From contig CAZBPC010000100.1 of NCBI GenBank assembly GCA_964493715.1, positions 1 through 11,550 of the forward strand: 11,550 bases of DNA, in the 5' to 3' direction. This DNA comes from an uncultured archaeon. GTDB taxonomy: Archaea > Asgardarchaeota > Lokiarchaeia > Sigyniarchaeales > SOKP01. Below the pieces are notes generated by a model. It was not told where the DNA came from and made no database searches. It saw nothing but the letters and a program-made list of their open reading frames with translations. Shown piece after piece: positions 1 to 6,578 of this stretch (positions within the stretch are counted from its first letter, which is position 1; every line of letters starts with the position of its first letter). Made by a program: the position numbers and the translations under genes.

Positions 1-1
1 T

Positions 2-574
2 TATTTAGATCAAATTGGTTTTAGGACAGAAATAAAAAATATTGAAAAATGGAGAGAAGAAATTAAAATTCGAAGTAATTTCGATGTCATTGATCCTCCC
101 GCATTAACTGCAATTTTTAATCAAAAGAATAACTTTTCTACAATTTCTTTTGATAATTGTTCGTTTCAAGAAACTGAAGTATGCAAGAATGTATCTAGTC
201 AATTAAATACAATAGCTTCTTTAATTGAAGTGTATGATTCCTCGACATGGTATCATCGATTATTTCAGAATGGGAACATTATTGATAAGTTCTGTAATAA
301 TCCCGAAGAATTTGAAAGTTTTGAGACAATAAGTAAATTTAAGGGAAATCCAAGCATTTTATCAGAAATTTTTGGAATTGATAAATTAGAAATTGCACAA
401 TATATGTTCCAATTTACTAGTGAAAATAGAGTGGGTAACATTTCGAGAAAAATTAGTCCTTCAGATAAATATTCTCTTGAAAATGAATGGTTTTTCATTG
501 AATTTTGGAAGAAATTAGGGATAGAATATCCAAAAAGTAGTCCCCAATTTGTACTATTACATAAAATTAAATAG
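2..574 (+). CDS. Hypothetical protein, 5'-truncated by the window edge (>=190 aa)
   Basis: The frame of the listed 230..574 ORF is open back to position 2 (YLDQIGFRTEIKNIEKWREE...LIEVYDSSTWYHRLF...FWKKLGIEYP...LHKIK, TAG at 572-574). The GTG at 230 is therefore probably internal. No family recognised. Confidence 0.8.
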   Translation, partial: YLDQIGFRTEIKNIEKWREEIKIRSNFDVIDPPALTAIFNQKNNFSTISFDNCSFQETEVCKNVSSQLNTIASLIEVYDSSTWYHRLFQNGNIIDKFCNNPEEFESFETISKFKGNPSILSEIFGIDKLEIAQYMFQFTSENRVGNISRKISPSDKYSLENEWFFIEFWKKLGIEYPKSSPQFVLLHKIK

Positions 575-583
575 TAAAATTAA

Positions 584-643
584 AAAGAAACTGGGGGCTG
601 AGTTATTGAAGCCTTTAATACCATAATTGAAAAACTTTATCAT
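584..643 (+). pseudogene. Relic of the 3' end (G5 box + helix alpha5) of a Rab-like small GTPase gene
   Basis: Translates as KETGG*VIEAFNTIIEKLYH. Compare AKTGQGVIEAFNAIIARIYD (GTPase at 3935; 11/17 identical from T to Y) and AKTGQGVKKAFNSIIEGVYY (GTPase at 1268; 10/17). TGA at 599-601 sits at the conserved Gly position. No start codon or upstream GTPase sequence. Confidence 0.75.
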
Positions 644-690
644 GTAGCGATTCATATAAATACTATACACAGAACTATAAATGAGGTATC

Positions 691-1095
691 ATGCTTGATA
701 TAATATTACTGCAACACCCCGCTACTGGAATAAAATTGCTAGAATACAGACAAGATCACACTAAAATATCTTCAATCCATGCGGATATATTTACTGGCTT
801 TATGTCAGCAATACAAAACATTTCGAAAGAGTTAGATATTGGTACTTTGATTTTAATCTCGACGGAAGGTATTAAAGGGCATAATTGCATCATCATACCA
901 AATAATTACCTGAATGTAATTCTTTTAGTTGATAATGAAGATCCAATAGATCTCTGGAGAGAACAGGGACACCTAATTGCTAAAAAATTTCTCGAAGAGT
1001 TTGGAAATGACTATCACCCTTACGATGTCTCAGTATTTAAGACGTTTACATCAACGATTAAATCATTATGTTCTACTCATGATTATTGTGAGTAG
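691..1095 (+). CDS. Stand-alone longin/roadblock-like domain protein (134 aa)
   Basis: Pattern of beta-beta (IILLQH-TGIKLLEY), helix DIFTGFMSAIQNISKEL, three strands and a C-terminal helix is typical of Asgard longin-like domains. The helix resembles LFSSFLSAFNTFGSEL in the 7014 protein. GAGGT RBS-like motif at 683-687. Confidence 0.75.
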   Translation: MLDIILLQHPATGIKLLEYRQDHTKISSIHADIFTGFMSAIQNISKELDIGTLILISTEGIKGHNCIIIPNNYLNVILLVDNEDPIDLWREQGHLIAKKFLEEFGNDYHPYDVSVFKTFTSTIKSLCSTHDYCE

Positions 1096-1267
1096 ACTCT
1101 ATAATTTTTAATCTTATTATTATTAATTAAATTAGAAATCCATTTGAGCAAAACTTATGTTTTTACTAATCTTTAAATGTAAAAGACCTATGTTTCCTTT
1201 AGAAAAGAAAAATATAAGGTATTAAAATTTCATGAATAGCAATAAATCAATCAGTACAAGTGTACTT

Positions 1268-1795
1268 ATGTCAGATAAATATAAATTTAAAATAGTATTT
1301 ATTGGAGATGGATACGTAGGGAAGACTTCCCTCATTAGACGATTTACTCAAAAATCATTTGAAAAGCAATATATAAAAACAATTGGGGCTCAATTCTCCT
1401 TTCACGATATACAAATCGAAAATAATGAAGTACGATCAATCTTTTACGATATTGCGGGTCAAGATAAATTTAATTTCATGCGAAAAACGTTCTTTAAGGA
1501 CAGTAAGGCTGCTGTGATAGTATATAGTCTCGTGGATGACAAAAAAGGAAACGAAAGTTTTAAAAATATTAAAACTTGGTATGCTGATGTGCTCAGATTT
1601 TGTGGGTCTATTCCTATTGCAGTTATTGCAAATAAAGTCGATTTAACTTATGAGAATGTCGTGGATATTATTGATATAAAAGAAATAATTAAGGAAAAAG
1701 AATTTATAGGATATTATGTTACGTCAGCAAAAACAGGGCAAGGTGTAAAAAAAGCGTTTAATTCGATTATTGAAGGAGTATATTATAAGAATTAG
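1268..1795 (+). CDS. Rab-like small GTPase (Ras superfamily); alternative start at 1232
   Basis: G1 GDGYVGKT, G2 TIG, G3 DIAGQ, G4 NKVD, G5 SAK. Ends after alpha5 with no CAAX/CC tail. ATG 1268 gives an N-terminus (MSDKYKFKIVFIG) comparable to the paralog. Confidence 0.95.
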   Translation: MSDKYKFKIVFIGDGYVGKTSLIRRFTQKSFEKQYIKTIGAQFSFHDIQIENNEVRSIFYDIAGQDKFNFMRKTFFKDSKAAVIVYSLVDDKKGNESFKNIKTWYADVLRFCGSIPIAVIANKVDLTYENVVDIIDIKEIIKEKEFIGYYVTSAKTGQGVKKAFNSIIEGVYYKN

Positions 1796-1812
1796 TTGTT
1801 TACTTCCCAATT

Positions 1813-3720
1813 TTAGTCCCATTCTCTCATTTCTTCTATTTCTGAGAGAAATAGATCCACGATCGTGAGCCATTTTTGTTTTGTTTCAAAATCCGTTGTG
1901 GATTTATTTGTAAAATCTTTCCCTCTGATTAAATACTCCCTGGCTAATTCAAATTTTCCAAGTTCTTTATAGCAAATCCCTAATTTGATATAGGTTTGAA
2001 AAGAATACCAGGTTTCATTGTTTATTTCAATTGTCTTTTGAAATTCTCTAATAGCATTTTCATAATCACGATAAGCCATCAATATCTCACCATAAGTATC
2101 ATGATATACTCCATTTTGAGGTTCATCATCTATAAGACCTCGAATTAAATTGAGTGCTTTTTCTTTTTCATTTAAATATTGTAACCAATACACTTTATAA
2201 ATAATAAGATCTTTATCTTGGGGGTATTTAACTATGAGTTCCTTTATAATATTAAAACCTTCATCAAGGTTTCTTTGCTCTTTAAGTACAAAAGCTTGTT
2301 TTAATCTGATTTCCTTTACTTCCTTAGGGAATCGTTCTAACATTTCTTCTAATAGATCCAATAATTCAGTGTATTTATTGAAGTAAATTAGAATGTGCTC
2401 CTTTGCATAATACAAATTTAGGTTTTCAGGATCTGATGCAATCTTTTCATCGGCTTGTTTAAGTGCTTCCTCTAATTTATTCATAGTAGGTAATTCTATG
2501 TTAAAAGCCTTCACTTCATGCCAGATTAATCCTTCCAACTTATCATACGCCTCAACTAATTTTTTCTCTTTTTCAATTTTGAATGCTAAATAATCAATGT
2601 ATTTCACTAAAAAGGGACGTAAGGAATCTTTTAGCCCTTCATTGAACAGATTCATGCAAATTTCTTCTAATATTTCAGAAATAGTATTCTTTAATGATAA
2701 TGCATATCTTTCCTTAGGATCGTCCTCATATAATTTATTTAAAAATGTAAGTTTTGCAATATGTTCTTCTACAACTGCATAAAGCATTCGTTCCAGTTTC
2801 TCATTAACCTGTAAATAATAAATTTCTTCCGTATTAATCTCTAATATAAAGAATTTAATTGGGTAAATGTTTTTCTCAACGATTTGATGAATATGAAAAT
2901 CAAGAATTACCTGTTCGATATCATATTTTGCTGCAAATTCATTGTTAGAAATAAAATGAGGATATTGAGAGGGATGATTCAATGATAAAAATAATAGAAT
3001 CTTGTGAAAATCCTCTTCCTTTTCTAAAGTTGATTTAACTGTATCATAAGATAATCTTAATACATTATTGAGATATCGAAATTTAACTTCATCATTGTTT
3101 ATTTTAAATTTCTCAAAGAAAGTTATGGTTTTTTTCGTTATTTCCTTAATTCGATTACTTTCCGCCTCGATAATTGAATGACGATCTAAATCATAATATC
3201 TTAGCATTTTAGAATATTCAAATTTTCCAAATTGAGTAATCCGATATTTTTTATCTTCTTTTCGGATAAAACCTTTTTCAAGTAAATCAATCATCGTTTT
3301 CGATAATGAAGAGTTATTAATTGAAAGAGGGGGTTTTTGGAAATCGGCCCATACGCAATAATTGTTATTATGAACCATCCATAGTACCCAATGATCATAG
3401 TTTCTCCCCGAATAAAGCAATAATTTCGGAGGATAACTTAATCTTCTCTTTTGTTTACTAGATTGTGACAATTCGTAAAATCTATCTTTCCCAAGCTGAG
3501 TAATGCTATATTGATTAAATTCAGTTTTGCTTACTTGGTTATTTTCTATTAATTTTTTTAAATATATTGATAAAGTTGATGGCTTGATGATAGTCTTTAA
3601 GTTCGCCCACGTACACGTCACATTGTTGTTTAGCATCCAAAGAAGTATGAATTCAAAATTAGGTTTACCTAATATTGGTTCTAAAATCTCTTCAGAAGGA
3701 TAATTGATGGGATTTTCCAT
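1813..3720 (-). CDS. Tandem winged helix-turn-helix + C-terminal TPR protein, putative transcriptional regulator; alternative start TTG 3732
   Basis: Two homologous N-terminal wHTH-like repeats (ILLWMLNNN..CTWANL...STLSIYLKKLIENNQV...YSITQLGK and WVLWMVHNNN.CVWADF...SSLSKTMIDLLEKGFI...YRITQFGK). C-terminal TPRs (e.g. YHDTYGEILMAYRDYENAIREFQKTIEIN; TYIKLGICYKELGKFELAREYL). Confidence 0.85.
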   Translation of the reverse strand: MENPINYPSEEILEPILGKPNFEFILLWMLNNNVTCTWANLKTIIKPSTLSIYLKKLIENNQVSKTEFNQYSITQLGKDRFYELSQSSKQKRRLSYPPKLLLYSGRNYDHWVLWMVHNNNYCVWADFQKPPLSINNSSLSKTMIDLLEKGFIRKEDKKYRITQFGKFEYSKMLRYYDLDRHSIIEAESNRIKEITKKTITFFEKFKINNDEVKFRYLNNVLRLSYDTVKSTLEKEEDFHKILLFLSLNHPSQYPHFISNNEFAAKYDIEQVILDFHIHQIVEKNIYPIKFFILEINTEEIYYLQVNEKLERMLYAVVEEHIAKLTFLNKLYEDDPKERYALSLKNTISEILEEICMNLFNEGLKDSLRPFLVKYIDYLAFKIEKEKKLVEAYDKLEGLIWHEVKAFNIELPTMNKLEEALKQADEKIASDPENLNLYYAKEHILIYFNKYTELLDLLEEMLERFPKEVKEIRLKQAFVLKEQRNLDEGFNIIKELIVKYPQDKDLIIYKVYWLQYLNEKEKALNLIRGLIDDEPQNGVYHDTYGEILMAYRDYENAIREFQKTIEINNETWYSFQTYIKLGICYKELGKFELAREYLIRGKDFTNKSTTDFETKQKWLTIVDLFLSEIEEMREWD

Positions 3721-3934
3721 TACTGTAAACAAATAATGATTAAAGATATAAAAAAATTTTAGTATAATACTATGAATAGATTATTGGACTTTGAATGGAT
3801 TATTTACATTTTCTGATCAAAAATTTAGATTATTTTTAAGTTAAATAAAACTAAATTTTTATATTAGAATAAATCTAATCTTTAATAAGAATTTCATATA
3901 ATTTTTTGTCAATATTTGGATTTTGAGGAGATCA

Positions 3935-4477
3935 ATGGTAGATTTATCTAATAAATATATTTATAAGATAATCGTAGTTGGAGACGGTGGGGTTGGGAAA
4001 ACCTCCTTGATAAAAAAATTCACAGAAGGATCCTTCGAGCAAGAATATATCAAGACCATTGGCGCTCAATTTTCAAAATATGAATCTGAAAGAAATGGAG
4101 ATAAAATAAAGTTACTCTTTTGGGATATCGCCGGGCAAGAAGACTTCCAGTTCCTCCTTCCTTCATTTTATCAAAATGCTAAAGCAGCAATAATTGCATA
4201 TTCACTTGAAGAAAATGACCTTGGCAAGAACAGTTTTGCTCACGTTATGAATTGGCATAAGAATATTGAGAATTATTGTGGGAAGATACCCATCTTAGTC
4301 TTCGCAAATAAAATCGATTTAGTAAATGAAGGAAATTTGAAATTAATTGACCTTCAAAAATTGATAGATGACAACAATTTTCTTGGATATTACTTGACAT
4401 CAGCAAAAACAGGGCAGGGTGTAATAGAGGCATTCAATGCGATCATCGCTCGAATATATGACCAATACAAACCATAA
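3935..4477 (+). CDS. Rab-like small GTPase (Ras superfamily), paralog of 1268..1795
   Basis: G1 GDGGVGKT, G2 TIG, G3 WDIAGQ, G4 NKID, G5 SAK. GAGGAG at 3925-3930 favours ATG 3935 over TTG 3923. No prenylation motif. Confidence 0.95.
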   Translation: MVDLSNKYIYKIIVVGDGGVGKTSLIKKFTEGSFEQEYIKTIGAQFSKYESERNGDKIKLLFWDIAGQEDFQFLLPSFYQNAKAAIIAYSLEENDLGKNSFAHVMNWHKNIENYCGKIPILVFANKIDLVNEGNLKLIDLQKLIDDNNFLGYYLTSAKTGQGVIEAFNAIIARIYDQYKP

Positions 4478-4592
4478 ACTCGTGATATTTGACTAAATTG
4501 TTAACTCTTTTTTGATTTAGAAATCCTCTGATTCAACTATTAAATAATTTATACATCTTCTAAGAGTTCATTCAAATTTTTTTTTTAGATTC

Positions 4593-4624
4593 TATATATG
4601 GACTCAATACATAGTATTCAATGA
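4593..4624 (+). promoter_or_regulatory. Putative TATA box plus AATA-N4-GTATT motif, shared with the upstream region of the paralog at 6289
   Basis: TATATAT at 4593-4599, then AATACATAGTATTCAATGA (4606-4624) versus AATAGGAAGTATTGAGTGA (6235-6253): 14/19 identical, with GTATT 45 and 46 nt before the respective ATGs. Confidence 0.45.
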
Positions 4625-4658
4625 ACAATAATAAATCAAAAGCGTGTGGTGGTTAAAA

Positions 4659-4886
4659 ATGGCTTCAAGCAAGATTATTGAGTTACCTAATCTAAAAATT
4701 CCTTTAGAAATTACACTTAAAGAGAGAACGAAAGAGATTGGCTTTAAGAACATTGAAACCAAAGAATTAAAAAAAGTGCATCTTGAGGATATAGATAAGT
4801 TAAGGTTAGTAAGAGAATGGAAAAAAACGCTTTCCTACTATTCTCTTCATCCTGAAGATTTCTATTTCAAGTTTTCAGATTTGTGA
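4659..4886 (+). CDS. Small protein family A, copy 1 (75 aa), unknown function
   Basis: GGTGG RBS-like motif before ATG 4659 (track start GTG 4644). C-terminal 34 aa are 23/34 identical to ORF 6289..6456. Followed by a T-run. Confidence 0.85.
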   Translation: MASSKIIELPNLKIPLEITLKERTKEIGFKNIETKELKKVHLEDIDKLRLVREWKKTLSYYSLHPEDFYFKFSDL

Positions 4887-4899
4887 TGCCTTAATCAAA

Positions 4900-4918
4900 C
4901 TTTTTTTTATTATTTTTT
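4900..4918 (+). terminator. Oligo-T archaeal-type terminator
   Basis: T9-ATTA-T6 starting 14 nt after the stop of 4659..4886. Confidence 0.55.
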
Positions 4919-5123
4919 AAAACTAGTGCATCATCTCTGCTAAAACTGGAAAAGATTTGGTTGAGATTTTTAATGAAACCACAGAAATAATATACTATAA
5001 AACACTAGTTAAAACTCTATAAAAATCTATTTGATACAAATTCAAAGAGAGTCCAATAATTCCTATAGACTTTTATGTAAAAAACTACTTATGCAGTTTT
5101 ATCCCTTCTAATTATGAAAAGCA

Positions 5124-5155
5124 GGATGATGAATCTGTGCATCATCCCATTTTTT
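5124..5155 (+). promoter_or_regulatory. Leader hairpin with U-tract directly before the RBS of ORF 5175
   Basis: Perfect 8-bp stem GGATGATG (5124-5131)/CATCATCC (5140-5147), 8-nt loop, then T6 (5150-5155), A6 and GGAGG. Confidence 0.5.
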
Positions 5156-5174
5156 AAAAAAGGAGGGAGAAATA

Positions 5175-5411
5175 ATGAAAAAATCTGTAATGACTCGAGA
5201 AGAATTAGATAAGAGAATTTTGAATAGAATACCGCATTCAGGTTTTCAACAATATGATGGCATCTTCTTTTTAACTGCTTTACTCGCGGATCGAAGGAGA
5301 AAGAAACGTGAGAGGTTGGAGAAATTAAATTATTCCGGTGAACTAAATCAATCAGTCGTGAAAGTAGAATCTCCTAAAGAATTGCAAAAATTCGAAACTA
5401 TTGAGATATAA
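5175..5411 (+). CDS. Small protein family B, copy 1 (78 aa), unknown function
   Basis: Strong AGGAGG RBS (5161-5166). Shares RIL...P...(Y/F)(D/E)G-hydrophobic-L(T/S)AL-polybasic...K(F/L)ET(I/V)xI architecture with the next ORF. Confidence 0.85.
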   Translation: MKKSVMTREELDKRILNRIPHSGFQQYDGIFFLTALLADRRRKKRERLEKLNYSGELNQSVVKVESPKELQKFETIEI

Positions 5412-5429
5412 AATGAGGTGTAATATAAT

Positions 5430-5648
5430 ATGAGTGAAAAAGAATTTATAGAAGATGATATTGATAGGATACTTTATTATAAATTTCCCACAACTACTAA
5501 CGCCTTTGAAGGATTATGGGTCCTGAGTGCTCTATTTACCAAATGGCGCAAAGACCGCAAGGCTAGAAAGCAAGAATTAAGAGAAGTAGAAGAAAGCGAA
5601 CAAGTGATAGTACCATCAGAAAAGAAATTAGAAACAGTTTCAATTTAA
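5430..5648 (+). CDS. Small protein family B, copy 2 (72 aa), unknown function
   Basis: GAGGTG RBS (5415-5420), 18 nt after the previous stop. Paralogous motif pattern with 5175..5411. T-run follows. Confidence 0.85.
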   Translation: MSEKEFIEDDIDRILYYKFPTTTNAFEGLWVLSALFTKWRKDRKARKQELREVEESEQVIVPSEKKLETVSI

Positions 5649-5650
5649 AA

Positions 5651-5669
5651 TTTTTTTTATCTTTATTTT
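5651..5669 (+). terminator. Oligo-T terminator
   Basis: T8-ATCTTTATTTT immediately after the stop at 5648. Confidence 0.55.
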
Positions 5670-5767
5670 CATGCTAATTTTTGACAGGATTCACCATTCA
5701 TTTTAGGATTAATTTTAATCGCGAAAATTCTAAATCTCTTAACTTAAACTAATTTTAAAATTAAAGT

Positions 5768-5796
5768 CTAAGAATAGTCCAAAAGTCTGTTCTTAG
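5768..5796. promoter_or_regulatory. Imperfect inverted repeat, candidate operator upstream of ORF 5873
   Basis: CTAAGAATAG-N9-CTGTTCTTAG, 9/10 complementary arms; overlaps an AGTCCAA motif. Confidence 0.4.
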
Positions 5797-5872
5797 TTTC
5801 CTTTTCTAAATCATATATGTTCTGTTGCGATCTTATTTTTTAATAAAAAAATTTTAATGAGAGTTTAAAAAA

Positions 5873-6145
5873 ATGGCCCAAATAATGAATAATGGTTTGT
5901 TGACGGGAAATAAAGAAGTAATACATGATCTAATAAGAGTACCCGGCATAGCAACCAAGGAGAAGTTGATATGTAACCTATACAAATCTATTGAGAAAGC
6001 GTATAAAAATTTTCAGGTAGAAATTCAAAATGTGCTCGTAAACGAAAAAAAGGAAAATTGGCGAGCCGTAAATCTGAGTGACTTTAATAAAATAGAAGAA
6101 TTATTACAACGAAGTGAAATTTGGGCTAGTTGTTCATCACGCTAA
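5873..6145 (+). CDS. Small hypothetical protein (90 aa)
   Basis: ATG-initiated open frame in an otherwise stop-rich region, same strand as neighbours, plausible helical composition. No recognised motif. Confidence 0.65.
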   Translation: MAQIMNNGLLTGNKEVIHDLIRVPGIATKEKLICNLYKSIEKAYKNFQVEIQNVLVNEKKENWRAVNLSDFNKIEELLQRSEIWASCSSR

Positions 6146-6155
6146 TTTAATTCTA

Positions 6156-6217
6156 TGAGGGAGAATTTTATTAGGTTAATTGCGGGCGAAATCCGCTGGG
6201 AGGAGGGCTCTTCCTTA
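6156..6217 (+). ncRNA. Candidate structured RNA element, family unknown
   Basis: GC-rich island in an AT-rich spacer. Hairpin GCGGG-CGAAA-TCCGC (6182-6196) is enclosed by a possible 9-bp stem TGAGGGAGA (6156-6164)/TCTTCCTTA (6209-6217) with two G-U pairs. Confidence 0.3.
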
Positions 6218-6288
6218 AATATAATATAAAGAGAAATAGGAAGTATTGAGTGAGAAAAGAGAACAAAATTTTAAAGGAGGGATGAGAA

Positions 6289-6456
6289 ATGATCGAAGAA
6301 GTCATGAAACCAGAATATAATGAACTAATGGCACCATCCGAAGAAGAGGAGCTTGATAAAATTGATAAAGAGAGGCTTCTTAAGGAATGGCGTAAATCAC
6401 TGTCCTATTATTCATTTAATCCTGAAGATTTCAAATTCAAATTTTCGGATTTCTAA
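6289..6456 (+). CDS. Small protein family A, copy 2 (55 aa), not in the ORF track
   Basis: MIEEVMKPEYNELMAPSEEEELDKIDKERLLKEWRKSLSYYSFNPEDFKFKFSDF*. AAGGAGG RBS at 6274-6280; 23/34 C-terminal identity to ORF 4659; T8 at 6466-6473. Confidence 0.9.
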   Translation: MIEEVMKPEYNELMAPSEEEELDKIDKERLLKEWRKSLSYYSFNPEDFKFKFSDF

Positions 6457-6465
6457 CCTTTAAGA

Positions 6466-6473
6466 TTTTTTTT
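6466..6473 (+). terminator. Oligo-T terminator
   Basis: T8 starting 10 nt after the stop of 6289..6456. Confidence 0.5.
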
Positions 6474-6578
6474 ATCTCACTAAAAAGCGAATAAAAAGCA
6501 AAAGCTTTTTTAAGGGTCAGATAGAAATTTAATACAATAATGTAAAATCTATATAAAAATCCAATAGAGTTGAATGAA

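Noticed and set aside
265-498. Minus-strand 77-aa ORF
   Set aside because: Entirely antisense to the longer ORF 2..574; no motif.
599-601. In-frame TGA in the GTPase relic as selenocysteine or readthrough
   Set aside because: In-frame TAG/TAA stops at 572, 575 and 581 precede it, there is no start codon, and the aligned residue is Gly, not Cys.
2597-2782. Plus-strand 61-aa ORF
   Set aside because: Antisense shadow inside the wHTH-TPR gene.
1724-4416. 17-nt exact repeat TCAGCAAAAACAGGGCA (1724-1740 and 4400-4416) as att or target sites
   Set aside because: It encodes the conserved SAKTGQ G5 motif of the two paralogous GTPases.
4245-4433. Minus-strand 62-aa ORF
   Set aside because: Antisense to the conserved G4-G5 region of the GTPase.
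4621-4656. Mini-ORF MNNNKSKACGG resembling the 1232 extension MNSNKS
   Set aside because: Only 11 codons, and the shared AATAAATCAA is low-complexity AT-rich sequence, so chance cannot be excluded.
5126-5138. Box C-like ATGATGA as part of a C/D sRNA or K-loop
   Set aside because: No proper CTGA box D partner nearby (CTGT), and the motif is explained by the hairpin arm.
6172-6210. FMN, c-di-GMP-I or cobalamin riboswitch, or SECIS identity for the GC-rich element
   Set aside because: Only the GAAA-containing loop resembles them; other conserved motifs are missing, and the upstream ORF has no in-frame TGA.
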